From positions 1 to 41,571 of the forward strand of contig JBBCAX010000077.1 of the NCBI GenBank assembly GCA_051382335.1: 41,571 nt of DNA. The letters are read 5' to 3'. Below are positions 28,088 through 37,620 of the stretch, piece after piece (positions within the stretch are counted from its first letter, which is position 1; every line of letters begins with the position of its first letter). Below the pieces are notes generated by a model. It saw nothing but the letters and a program-made list of their open reading frames with translations. It was not told where the DNA came from and did not search any database. Both the position numbers and the translations under genes were made by a program. Source of the DNA: Deltaproteobacteria bacterium TL4. Lineage in GTDB: Bacteria; SAR324; NAC60-12.

Positions 28088-28306
28088 ATGCCAGTAACGA
28101 TCGACGTCAAAGATGGCAATGTCGCAAAAGCAATGATGCAACTGAAACGGACCTTGATTCGTGAAGGGTTGTTCAAGGAAATCAAAAAACGCAAGTACTA
28201 CCTAAAACCGTCCATTGCCAAAACGTTGAAGAGGGAAGCTGCTGAAAAACAACGCAACAAGGATTTAAAGCGGGAATTACGAGCAGCACAAAAAGCGGAT
28301 TTCTAA
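28088..28306 (+). CDS. rpsU: 30S ribosomal protein S21
   Basis: KAMMQLKRTLIREGLFKEIKKRKYYLKPS matches the bS21 pattern. Confidence 0.93.
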   Translation: MPVTIDVKDGNVAKAMMQLKRTLIREGLFKEIKKRKYYLKPSIAKTLKREAAEKQRNKDLKRELRAAQKADF

Positions 28307-28509
28307 AAAAGCCGAAAAGTCTCAAGAGCTTGCTCTGTTGTGTAGGGAAAGAACAGGCTCACCCAGAGTAAGACCTCTTCTGAATGAGGTAGGCGGGATC
28401 CTACTCAGCCTGACCTCTTTGATCAATTTTCTGAATTACTTCCTCATCGTCTTCGGGAAACCGTCCCAGTTCCCTTTTTGAAAAAACCAATTTTCCATTC
28501 ACCTTGATC

Positions 28510-28779
28510 TCAAAATCGCCTCTGTTCCCAGGAATCAAGGTCGCTTTGACGCCGTAGTGTTTTTGTAAGTTCGCAGCCAAACTGGTTGCTTGCGGCAGAT
28601 AGTTTCACATCCCGCAATATTCGATCGAAAGCTTCATTTTCTTTGCTCCTTTGGTTTCTGGTGTATCCCTTGCTTATCACTTTAAGTGGAATCTGAAGCA
28701 CTTTATTCATCTCGTAATGGAGTGAATCAAGTTCAACTATGACATGATACCTGAAAGAGCGTCTCCCTTTCAACACCAA
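28510..28779 (-). CDS. Possible small hypothetical protein
   Basis: Only ORF in the rpsU-HD gap; the real start may be the internal Met (MNKVLQ). No motif. Confidence 0.3.
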   Translation of the reverse strand: MVLKGRRSFRYHVIVELDSLHYEMNKVLQIPLKVISKGYTRNQRSKENEAFDRILRDVKLSAASNQFGCELTKTLRRQSDLDSWEQRRF

Positions 28780-28793
28780 ATTTAAATATTACT

Positions 28794-30149
28794 ATGGATT
28801 CATCAAAATTAGAGCCCATTTATGAGGTACGTTGTCCCATACATGGGAGTATTCGGTTTAATCAAAGGGAATGTGATATTATTGACCATCCCTTTTTTCA
28901 ACGGTTGAGACATATTACTCAACTGGGGTTTGCAAGTTATGTGTATTCAGGCGCAACACACAGTCGTTTTGAACATTCTTTAGGGGTGATGCACCTGGCA
29001 GGTTGCCTTTTCGATCATATTGTTCAGGAAAACCAGAAATGGTTTAACGAATATTTTCATCCTGAGGTATTGCGATATTACCGTCACATTCTAAGAATTG
29101 CCGCACTTCTCCATGATACAGGACACTCTCCCTATTCCCATGCGTCAGAAACCATACTTCCCCTAAAGAATAAACTTGAGTTACCTGTGGACTGGTACAA
29201 ACACAGCGATTTTGAATGTCAAGCGACCCATGAAGACTATTCGATCGCCATTGTTTACGCGTTTTCCAATAGCCCCCCATTGCTTTCCAGTGATGAAGCT
29301 CAGGATGTTTGTTCCCTGATTGATTCTTCCATCCGCCCCTCAGAGGCCTTCCATCAAAGGGTTCGTCAGGCTTCGGATAATTCGTTAAACATCCATCCTC
29401 TTTTGAAAAATATCATTAGTGGGGAAATTGACGCGGATCGGATGGATTACTTACTCCGGGATTCTTATCATGTGGGGGTGAATTATGGAAAATATGATAT
29501 GGATCGAATGATTCAAGGACTCTCCTGTGTTCAGACAGAAGAAGGCATCATGCAGGTTTTGGATCAAAACGCGCTCTATACTTATGAAAACTATTTACTC
29601 GCGCGTTTGCATATGTTTCTACAGGTCTATTTCCATAAAACACTGCTCCCCTTTGATTATTATCTTCAACAAGCGTTTAAAGACCAGGAAATTGATATTA
29701 GCCTCACCGGAACCTTAAGTAATTTTTTGGCGGTTCGTGATGATACCGTGAATTCAGCCTTATGGGAAATGAGAGACAAAAAATGGGCCTCGCGTATTGT
29801 TTTCCGTCAGACCGCCAAACGTCTGTTTCGGTTTGAACATTACCATCCTCCTGAATTGGAACAAGAGATGCTGGCTCTTTTGAAAAAAAAGGGTGTGGAT
29901 TATTTATTTTTGCAATCAACAGGCTATCTTTCCAAATATTCAGAAGGTGTCTCGAAAGAAACCTCGCCACTGTATATTAAAAACAAAATTATGGGTGAAG
30001 TCGTTTATCGGCCTGTACAGGACGTTTCTTTGCTCTTGGAACAATATCCGCAAAAAGCGAATTTAAAGAATCTTTACTGCGAAACCAAAGACTATCCATG
30101 GGCCTGTGAGTTCCTGATTCCCTTACTAAAGAGTAAGAAAATTTTATAG
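28794..30149 (+). CDS. HD-domain phosphohydrolase, SAMHD1/EF1143-like dNTP triphosphohydrolase family
   Basis: FQRLRHITQLG, HSRFEHSLGV, AALLHDTGHSPYSH, DADRMDYLLRDS. Confidence 0.92.
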   Translation: MDSSKLEPIYEVRCPIHGSIRFNQRECDIIDHPFFQRLRHITQLGFASYVYSGATHSRFEHSLGVMHLAGCLFDHIVQENQKWFNEYFHPEVLRYYRHILRIAALLHDTGHSPYSHASETILPLKNKLELPVDWYKHSDFECQATHEDYSIAIVYAFSNSPPLLSSDEAQDVCSLIDSSIRPSEAFHQRVRQASDNSLNIHPLLKNIISGEIDADRMDYLLRDSYHVGVNYGKYDMDRMIQGLSCVQTEEGIMQVLDQNALYTYENYLLARLHMFLQVYFHKTLLPFDYYLQQAFKDQEIDISLTGTLSNFLAVRDDTVNSALWEMRDKKWASRIVFRQTAKRLFRFEHYHPPELEQEMLALLKKKGVDYLFLQSTGYLSKYSEGVSKETSPLYIKNKIMGEVVYRPVQDVSLLLEQYPQKANLKNLYCETKDYPWACEFLIPLLKSKKIL

Positions 30150-30176
30150 TCAAACACCAGAGCGACGAAGGTTTTC

Positions 30177-31019
30177 ATGCAAATCAAAACGCCCGCGAAA
30201 ATAAACACACAGCTTTATATCCTGAATAAAAGGGAAGACGGCTTTCATGAATTGTATCTGCACATGGTTCCGGTTTCCCTGTTTGATACTCTGACGCTAA
30301 CACCCAATGCACAGCGGGGAATTCATTTTCATGTGGAAGGCCTCAATATTGGGGGTAAGCTTGAAGACAATTTAATTGTTAGAGCCGCTCGTCTCTTTGA
30401 ACAAAAAGCCTGTGTGTCCGTTCACCTGGATATCGTTTTAGACAAGCAAATACCGATAGGCGCGGGACTCGGTGGTGGAAGTGGCAATGCCGCAGGGATG
30501 TTAGTGGCTTTAAATCGTTATTTTGGGGCTCCCTTTTCCAGGGAAGAACTCTGCTCCATGGCCTCAAAACTAGGGTCCGACGTCCCCTTTTTTATTAAGC
30601 CCGCACCTTGTGAAATCCAAGGCCGGGGCGAAATCATCCACTTGCTGGACCCTTACCCTCATTTCCCACTCATCATTGTCAAACCTTCATTTTCCATCGC
30701 AACCGCAGACGCTTATCGTCACTGTCGTCCTGAATTCCGTCACTCTTTTCCCAGCATTCAGACCTTGGCGGATTTGACTCATAATTTATACAATCAGTTT
30801 GAACAAACGCTGTTTCGTGATTTTCCAGAGTTGCCTCAAATCAAAGCGGAATTACTCAAAAATGGCGCAGTCGGTGCATTGACCAGCGGGAGTGGTTCCG
30901 CGGTTTTTGGGGTATTTGAAACACCAGATCTCCAAACCCGCGCTGCAACCGAGTTAATGAAAAAATATCCAGGTCAAAGCTATTGTTGCCATACTCTTGA
31001 GGAACATCATTATGACTAA
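30177..31019 (+). CDS. ispE: 4-diphosphocytidyl-2-C-methyl-D-erythritol kinase
   Basis: PAKIN, REDGFHEL, KQIPIGAGLGGGSGNAA, LGSDVPFF, SGSGSAVFG. Confidence 0.97.
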   Translation: MQIKTPAKINTQLYILNKREDGFHELYLHMVPVSLFDTLTLTPNAQRGIHFHVEGLNIGGKLEDNLIVRAARLFEQKACVSVHLDIVLDKQIPIGAGLGGGSGNAAGMLVALNRYFGAPFSREELCSMASKLGSDVPFFIKPAPCEIQGRGEIIHLLDPYPHFPLIIVKPSFSIATADAYRHCRPEFRHSFPSIQTLADLTHNLYNQFEQTLFRDFPELPQIKAELLKNGAVGALTSGSGSAVFGVFETPDLQTRAATELMKKYPGQSYCCHTLEEHHYD

Positions 31020-31044
31020 CCTCTTCAATCCTTTATTTTAATAA

Positions 31045-31743
31045 GTGTCGTTTATGAGTGCTAACAACATCATTTCTTTTCAAACTGTTATTTTTGTCAT
31101 GACGCTCACTTTATCACTGCAGGCCTGTAGTTCTTCTCAACCTGCGATGTCCAAGATTAAAGATAACAAACGAGAAACCTGGACGCTGAATAATCATCGA
31201 ATCGATCAACACTTAAAGCAATACCGTTCAGGAACCCACGTTAAGTATGCTCTGGAAAGGGCCCAAAGTTATCTTCCTTACATTCATAAAGTTTTCCGCA
31301 AGTATAATCTGCCTCCCGAATTAGTGTACCTGCCCTTGGTGGAATCTGGATTTAAGCCTGATGCTAATTCAGGACACGCTGTAGGAATGTGGCAATTCAC
31401 CAAAGAAACGGCCAAAGACTATGGACTCATCGTCGGATGGCTTTGGGATGACCGGTTGGATTGGCGCAAGTCTACCCATGCCGCGGCACGATATCTTGAT
31501 AATTTGGGGTTACGGTATAATTATAATTGGGAACTGGCTTTAGCCGCCTACAATGGGGGACCAGGCTACATTTCACGGGAAATGAAACGTCAACGAACGT
31601 GGAATTTTTGGCAAATGAGACTGAGACAGGAAACTCAGGACTATGTTCCCAGATTTCTTGCGATGAGTCAAATTGCGAAAAGACGCTACCCTGCACTTTA
31701 TTACACCGGAGCACCTAAATTCTGGATTGCTTCTCGTCATTAA
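31045..31743 (+). CDS. Lytic transglycosylase (MltD-like SLT domain, no LysM), probable lipoprotein; start may be 31054 or 31099
   Basis: LPLVESGF (catalytic Glu), GMWQF, ALAAYNGG, ETQDYVPR; lipobox LQAC. Confidence 0.92.
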   Translation: MSFMSANNIISFQTVIFVMTLTLSLQACSSSQPAMSKIKDNKRETWTLNNHRIDQHLKQYRSGTHVKYALERAQSYLPYIHKVFRKYNLPPELVYLPLVESGFKPDANSGHAVGMWQFTKETAKDYGLIVGWLWDDRLDWRKSTHAAARYLDNLGLRYNYNWELALAAYNGGPGYISREMKRQRTWNFWQMRLRQETQDYVPRFLAMSQIAKRRYPALYYTGAPKFWIASRH

Positions 31744-31995
31744 TCGTCATGGCGTCAAGTTATAAGTTGCAAGGTTATGAAAAGTGATTAAAATGACCTT
31801 CTGATGAATGAGTGTACTGTGTTCGGACAAGAATGACGCAATGGGCTTGCCGGAGACGTCTTGATTATAGCAAGACCTCCTGATACCTATCGGCCATTCA
31901 GCTTTTTATTCGGGAATTGTCAGTTCACACTCATCGAATCAAAAAGAAAAAGGAGTATTTATTTGAATTTACAACCTGGGAGATAGGAGTTAAAA

Positions 31996-32502
31996 ATGGC
32001 AGATGAGGACGATGGACAGGGTGAAGGCGGAGGTGGTGGTAGTAAGAAGGTAATTATCATTATTGTTGCCGTTATTATTCTCATCATTGTCGGCGCTGTC
32101 GTTGCGTTTTTTATGATGAAAGGGAGTGAGGACGAAGTTACAAAAGTTGAGGAAAAGATCAGTTCTTCAGCAGAACCTCTTGCGGCCCCCTTATTTCTAG
32201 ATCTACAGTCCAGGGTCATTAATTTAAAGGATGGGAGACGTTATCTAAAGACTCATATTAAACTGATGATGAGCGAACCCTTGGCACATGCGTACTTGAC
32301 AGGGCGCATTGATGAAGTGGTTGATGTCACTATTTCAGTTTTAAAGGATTTATCCACTGAAGATATCAAACAAGCGGAGGCTATTGCGGAATTGAAGTTG
32401 AAACTGATCACGGAAATCAATAAGCTTTTTCCGAAAAAGCCGGCATGGGAAGATCCGGAACCCATAAAAAAAGTGTTATTTACCGAATTTTACGTTCAAT
32501 GA
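31996..32502 (+). CDS. fliL: Flagellar basal-body protein FliL (copy 1)
   Basis: Acidic N-terminus, single TM, VINLKDGRRYLK, IKKVLFTEFYVQ. Confidence 0.9.
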   Translation: MADEDDGQGEGGGGGSKKVIIIIVAVIILIIVGAVVAFFMMKGSEDEVTKVEEKISSSAEPLAAPLFLDLQSRVINLKDGRRYLKTHIKLMMSEPLAHAYLTGRIDEVVDVTISVLKDLSTEDIKQAEAIAELKLKLITEINKLFPKKPAWEDPEPIKKVLFTEFYVQ

Positions 32503-32552
32503 GTATCCCCTGAGACCTCCTTGAAAGCGCTGTCTCTCATTGATGGAAAATT

Positions 32553-33023
32553 ATGGATGAAGAAGGTAACGAAGGTGGCGGAAAAGCAAAATGGATTATT
32601 CTCCTTTTATTACTCCTCGGTCTTGCCGGAGGTGCCTTTTATTTGCTGACTCAGGACGAGAAGGAAAAACCCGAAATTATTAGAGAGGGGCCACCCCCGA
32701 TTGAATCACCCGTATACTTGGCGTTAGGAACCTTTATTGTTAATTTGGCGGATGGCAAATATTATTTGAAAACGACGATTCAATTGGTGTTCGCAGAGGT
32801 TGCGCCTAAACTGTGGCTTGAACCTCGTGTGCCGCTTGTAATGGACATTATAATCACACAGCTACAAATTTTGACATCAAAAGAATTAAGAAACCCCAGA
32901 ACCCGGCTTTTACTTCGACGTGATTTGGTGAATAAAATCAACTCACTCTTTCCTAATTTACCTGGTTGGGAAGATAAAACGCCTGTGAAGAAAATTTTAA
33001 TATCTGAGTTTTATCGTCAATAA
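32553..33023 (+). CDS. fliL: Flagellar basal-body protein FliL (copy 2)
   Basis: Single TM, TFIVNLADGKYYLK, VKKILISEFYRQ. Confidence 0.9.
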   Translation: MDEEGNEGGGKAKWIILLLLLLGLAGGAFYLLTQDEKEKPEIIREGPPPIESPVYLALGTFIVNLADGKYYLKTTIQLVFAEVAPKLWLEPRVPLVMDIIITQLQILTSKELRNPRTRLLLRRDLVNKINSLFPNLPGWEDKTPVKKILISEFYRQ

Positions 33024-33050
33024 ACTTACCGATCAAGCTCAAAGGAGAAT

Positions 33051-33494
33051 ATGGCGGACGATGATTTTGAGTCTTTTGACAATTTGGATGATCTGGATTG
33101 GTCTGATGTCGAAGAAGAATTAAAAGCAAATAAGCAGGCGATTCTTGCGGAAGCGGCCAAACAGCCTGGCAATGAAGAACCTGATGCTGCGCCTGATAGA
33201 GGTGTGGCCGTAGCGCCCAAACCTGTATTGGATGGTGCTCTCGATATTGATTTTTTACTGGATGTTCTTCTACAGATTTCTGTGGAAGTTGGACGAACCC
33301 GTATGATGATTGAAGATCTACTGGGATTGAATGAAGAATCAATCATAGAACTCAATACCACCATCGGACAACCTTTAGACATCCGTATCAACGATAAGCT
33401 GGTAGCCCGTGGAGAAGTGGTTGTCATTAATGATAAATTTGCAATACGCATTACCGATATTGTGAGTCCAGACGACCGATTTGCCGCACTATAA
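33051..33494 (+). CDS. fliN: Flagellar motor switch protein FliN
   Basis: IDFLLDVLLQISVEVGRTRM...LVARGEVVVINDKFAIRITDIVSP (SpoA domain). Confidence 0.96.
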   Translation: MADDDFESFDNLDDLDWSDVEEELKANKQAILAEAAKQPGNEEPDAAPDRGVAVAPKPVLDGALDIDFLLDVLLQISVEVGRTRMMIEDLLGLNEESIIELNTTIGQPLDIRINDKLVARGEVVVINDKFAIRITDIVSPDDRFAAL

Positions 33495-33509
33495 GCTTCG
33501 GAAGAAAAA

Positions 33510-34760
33510 GTGGCCATGAATGTATTCCGATCCCCTGTATCCAAATTGCTGTTGCTGTTGCTGTGTTGGGGGTATTCCGTTTCGTATGTTGCCGCCGCGC
33601 CACTCAATTACCTTTTGAAAGAAGTACGCCTTTCTTCTGTGAATCAATATGATCGGTTGACGTTGGTATTCCAACAACCTTTTGCCGAAGAACCCATCCT
33701 CAATTTTGACCCTGGACTGGTCTATATTCGACTGATGTCGACGTCTGCAGATCCTTCCCTGAGTCATTCGCTACAGTCGAAAGAAAACTCCTTGGTAAAG
33801 CTGATTCGCCTAAGACAAGGGAAGGATTCCGTTTTAATCACGCTGGTATTTCACTCCGCTAAAGCCCTGGTTGAAGACTATTACTCGGTTCAACGGGATC
33901 AAAACACTTTGAGCTTTGATTTTGACAGGGCCGCTTCGCTTAAAGAAGCATCTGCGATTTCTACACCAAAAGCCAAACTGGATCAAGACCTTAGCCAGAG
34001 ACTCCTGGAAAAAGAGGGCCTTCCCGCAACCTTTGCACAACAAGATGATGTTTTTTCTCAAACTTTAAATGAAGCAACAACTCAGGCCGGTAACGCGCTA
34101 CCTCCTCAAGACTGGATGATGAGCACTATCAGTCTGATTTTGGCGTTGTTATTAGTCTTGATCCTGATTTACATTGTGGCCTTTGTTTATAATCGATTTT
34201 TGGCAGGCAGACTCCCTTCTTTACAAGGAAGAGTTGCGATCAATTTGGTTTCTTCGTTTTATGTGGGCCCAAAACAAAAAATTATTGTGGTTGAAATTAA
34301 CAAGCGTTTGTTTGCCTTGGGGATCACCTTGACATCCATTAATTTCCTTACTGAAATCAAGGATCCGAAGGATCAATCCTTTTTGGAAAATGTAGAAATT
34401 ACAGAAGATCAAATCAGAATGAGTGTCGATCAAACTCGTGCGAATTTTTGGTCCACCTTAGAAAAAGTAAGAAAACAATCTGAAAAAATCCGACAATCCG
34501 AATCTTCAAAAGACTATCCCCCTCCGAGGACTCCAAAGCAAAAAACCTCAACGGCCCCCTCTTCATTACAAGAAAACCCAGAAAAATCAAAGCTGGAATC
34601 CCCGGAGGCCCCCCCTGCAACAACGTTCAAAACACCAATACAAGCACCTTTTCCGGAACAGAACAAAGTGGAGGAACAAGAGTTATTGGGGGATCCCAAA
34701 ATGTTGAATTTTTCCCGGACATTAACCAGTAAATTAAAATCGTTGAAACCTATTAAATAA
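33510..34760 (+). CDS. fliO: Extended FliO-family protein (signal peptide + periplasmic domain + TM + FliO domain + low-complexity tail)
   Basis: Lies between fliN and fliP; TM followed by INLVSSFYVGPKQKIIVVEINKRLFALGITLTSINFLTEI (FliO pattern). Confidence 0.85.
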   Translation: MAMNVFRSPVSKLLLLLLCWGYSVSYVAAAPLNYLLKEVRLSSVNQYDRLTLVFQQPFAEEPILNFDPGLVYIRLMSTSADPSLSHSLQSKENSLVKLIRLRQGKDSVLITLVFHSAKALVEDYYSVQRDQNTLSFDFDRAASLKEASAISTPKAKLDQDLSQRLLEKEGLPATFAQQDDVFSQTLNEATTQAGNALPPQDWMMSTISLILALLLVLILIYIVAFVYNRFLAGRLPSLQGRVAINLVSSFYVGPKQKIIVVEINKRLFALGITLTSINFLTEIKDPKDQSFLENVEITEDQIRMSVDQTRANFWSTLEKVRKQSEKIRQSESSKDYPPPRTPKQKTSTAPSSLQENPEKSKLESPEAPPATTFKTPIQAPFPEQNKVEEQELLGDPKMLNFSRTLTSKLKSLKPIK

Positions 34761-34831
34761 GGCAGACGTTTTCAGCTCTTGAGAGAAGAGTCTGTTCCTT
34801 AAACGGGATCAATGAGGTCGTAGGTAAAAAA

Positions 34832-35608
34832 ATGAAAAGCAGAGAAACCAAAGGAATTGTCATCTTGGGATTATTTATTTTCCTGGGAATGTTGGTAGGA
34901 GAGGGAAACTTGTCTTATGCGCAAACTCCGATACCGGGGATTAATATTTCTGTAGATACGGCGACAACACCGCAACAGATCTCCTCAACCCTTCAAATCG
35001 TATTTTTGCTCACAGTCCTTACGTTTGCTCCGGCAATTTTTATCATGACCACCTCTTTTACCCGCTTTGTCATTGTCTTTTCTTTTTTAAGGCAAGCTAT
35101 TGGAACGCCGCAAACCCCTTCCAATCAAATCATTATTGGACTCTCGCTCTTTCTGACACTTTTTGTGATGATGCCCGTTTGGGATGAAGTCAACCGGACT
35201 TCTTTGAAACCTTATATGGACAATCAATTAACCCAACAAGTATTCTTTGATCGTGCGGCGATTCCTTTGAAACGATTTATGCGGCAATATACTCGCGAAA
35301 AAGATTTAGCGCTTTTCGTGCGTATCGCAAAAATTCCACGTCCCAAAAATATTGATGATGTCCCCATCTGGATCATGATTCCTTCCTTTATTATCAGCGA
35401 GCTAAAAACCGCTTTTCAAATTGGTTTCATCTTATACATCCCTTTCTTGGTGATCGATATGGTTGTTTCCGCAATCTTGATGGCAATGGGGATGATGATG
35501 CTTCCTCCAATTATGATCTCTCTTCCTTTTAAGTTAATGCTGTTCGTTTTAGTTGACGGCTGGCACCTGATTGTCGGCTCCATGGTCAAAAGCTTCGTCC
35601 CCATCTAG
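34832..35608 (+). CDS. fliP: Flagellar export gate protein FliP
   Basis: TSFTRFVIVFSFLRQAIG, SELKTAFQIGF, MGMMMLPP, KLMLFVLVDGW. Confidence 0.98.
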   Translation: MKSRETKGIVILGLFIFLGMLVGEGNLSYAQTPIPGINISVDTATTPQQISSTLQIVFLLTVLTFAPAIFIMTTSFTRFVIVFSFLRQAIGTPQTPSNQIIIGLSLFLTLFVMMPVWDEVNRTSLKPYMDNQLTQQVFFDRAAIPLKRFMRQYTREKDLALFVRIAKIPRPKNIDDVPIWIMIPSFIISELKTAFQIGFILYIPFLVIDMVVSAILMAMGMMMLPPIMISLPFKLMLFVLVDGWHLIVGSMVKSFVPI

Positions 35609-36279
35609 TTTCCCTTGAAAAGCACGCACTTGCCAAAACTGAGGAATTGATGTGAGCGTTTACTCAAATCGCTTCTGGTTCCCTGATTCTGCCACGGAAT
35701 CCCGCTTTCCCATGCTCGGTCTGTTTTAGAAACTCGAACTTGATATGACGGAACGCTACGTCACGAGCTGTAAGACTCTGGAGTCTCCTTGCAAGTACCT
35801 GCGAAGACAGCCTCAAATTTGAAAATATATCAGGACAATCGAGTTTAACCTTGAATTAATTCTAATAAAAGTTATCATGCAATGATTCATTGTACTTTGT
35901 CATTTATGGCAATAAGTTATGAAGATAGAAACTGGTTAGTCTTAAACTTGTGCCTCAGGCCTTTAAATGGAAGTTTCACTGAGGATGAATGCTTTTGAAA
36001 ATGAACTGGCACACAATCGTTTTGGGTCATTAATCTGTGAGCACTCTCTTGGTGATGCTGTCTTACCAAAAAATTTCAGAGAAAAACCGTGGCAAAATAT
36101 TCATATCCGAAGGCCTTTCCTCACCAGTCTTTTCCTGTTCATCACTATGATTTACTGGGAGTCTGTGCTGTTTGGAAAGAAATTGGGCCAGGATTTCTTC
36201 TCGTAAAAATTTAGGTCTTGTTTATTAGTCTGCAAGGCTGAGCTGCGCAGACGAGTGTGAACGATAGAAAGGGAGAGAT

Positions 36280-36552
36280 ATGGTTAAAGTTCAGTTAGCA
36301 GATTTACTTCAAAAAATATGTGAAAAACATTCCTTGTCCATAGAAACATGCCCTCCACCCCAAAAAACACCTTCCTTTGAATTACTGGATCTTCATCCAA
36401 CAGAGTCTCACACTAAGGTTGTTCAAGAAATTCAGAAACGTATGCTTGGGAACATGTACCTCATCCACCCCATGAAGCAAAAGCTGAGTCAAGGGGCGCC
36501 TGAATTCTTTGAGTTGTTTACTAAAAATGACAAAGAACCTGAAAACTCATAA
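36280..36552 (+). CDS. Hypothetical protein (90 aa)
   Basis: ATG with GGGAGA RBS; plausible composition. Confidence 0.55.
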   Translation: MVKVQLADLLQKICEKHSLSIETCPPPQKTPSFELLDLHPTESHTKVVQEIQKRMLGNMYLIHPMKQKLSQGAPEFFELFTKNDKEPENS

Positions 36553-36619
36553 TTTTGATATGCTGTTGTTAAAGACGTTCACTCATATGGATACGCGAGA
36601 CACGTCACCTGGGGGTGAG

Positions 36620-37564
36620 GTGTTCGTCACCTCAGTCAAAGTAATGGGGATCACAGGAGTGATGGCGGTGATCCTGGTTTTGGCCGGATGTCTTTCCTAT
36701 AATGTTGATACACTGAAAATAGAAGGCGAGTGTATTGAGTGTAATCTTCAAACAGTGCAGTTGGAAGGCGCCTCTTTAAAACGGGTCAATTTAACAGGAG
36801 CGAATCTGAGTCAGGCCAATCTTCATGAGGCGGATCTCACGCGATCCATCATGGAAGACTGCCTGTTGGAAGGTGCTGTTTTGAGCAAAGCCAATTTGGA
36901 GATGGCAAAACTGCTCCAAGCGAACTTGAACAGGGCTGATTTAACAGAGTCCATCTTAAAAAGAGCCAACCTCTATAAAGCCAACCTGATCGGTACCAAC
37001 CTTTCCCGGGCCGATTTGACCCTGGCAGATTTGGAAAAAGCAAATCTTTCTGACGCCAATCTAAAAAATGCCAGTTTGTATTTGGCCGTTTTGAATAGCG
37101 CCATTATTGAAGGTGCCAATCTTGAATTGACAGATATGCGCGGTATCAAGGCGCAAAACGCGGCTTTTCAAGGAGTACGATTGTTCAAGGCGAATATGAC
37201 CGAAGCCAAATTGCAGGGTGCGAATTTCACAGGTGTTCACTTCCAGGACGTAATTCTGACGGGTGCCGACTTGACCGGAGCAAAACTTCAAGGGGCTCAT
37301 TTTCAAGACTCGCTCTTAAAGGACATTGATTTTGCGAGCGCCGACTTAACGGGCGCAACACTCAGCAATATCAATCTGGAGGGTGCCAATTTAACGGACA
37401 CAAATCTGACACTGGTTGACTTGAGAAAATCAAATTTAAAGCGTGCAAAGCTCAAAGATACCGTGCTTAAAGGGACTCTGCTGGAAGACGCAATCTGGGA
37501 AAACGGCATTGTTTGTGAGCCGGGGTCCGTTGGGCGTTGTCTGCAAAAAGCGGTACCCGAGTAG
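36620..37564 (+). CDS. Pentapeptide-repeat protein, probable lipoprotein (ORF is open from 36509; GTG 36620 or ATG 36644 is the likely start)
   Basis: Long run of A-[ND]-L-x-x pentapeptides; lipobox LAGC; Cys-containing caps CIECNL and CEPGSVGRC; G-rich RBS before 36620. Confidence 0.92.
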   Translation: MFVTSVKVMGITGVMAVILVLAGCLSYNVDTLKIEGECIECNLQTVQLEGASLKRVNLTGANLSQANLHEADLTRSIMEDCLLEGAVLSKANLEMAKLLQANLNRADLTESILKRANLYKANLIGTNLSRADLTLADLEKANLSDANLKNASLYLAVLNSAIIEGANLELTDMRGIKAQNAAFQGVRLFKANMTEAKLQGANFTGVHFQDVILTGADLTGAKLQGAHFQDSLLKDIDFASADLTGATLSNINLEGANLTDTNLTLVDLRKSNLKRAKLKDTVLKGTLLEDAIWENGIVCEPGSVGRCLQKAVPE

Positions 37565-37620
37565 CTCAGTTTCCTTGGATAATAAACGCTTGAACGTCAC
37601 CTCAAAACTGAATTTTAGGC

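Noticed and set aside
31835..31855. c-di-GMP-I riboswitch upstream of fliL (GACGCAA...TTGCC)
   Set aside because: Lacks the GGCAAA/GNRA P2 hairpin and the P3 receptor stem; only a few nucleotides match.
35619..35634. Sigma54 -24/-12 promoter (AAGCACGCACTTGC)
   Set aside because: No GG at -24 and the spacing is one base short.
35730..35846. Degenerate IR AAACTCGA..TGATAT / ATATCA..TCGAGTTT, possible old MITE
   Set aside because: Arms are short and gapped; not distinguishable from chance without other copies.
35967..36206. 79-aa ORF after fliP as fliQ
   Set aside because: No FliQ motif (QxxTQIQEQTLxFxPK) and no convincing RBS.
36620..37564. Qnr-type quinolone resistance gene
   Set aside because: It has a lipoprotein signal, is longer than Qnr, and shows no Qnr-specific loops.
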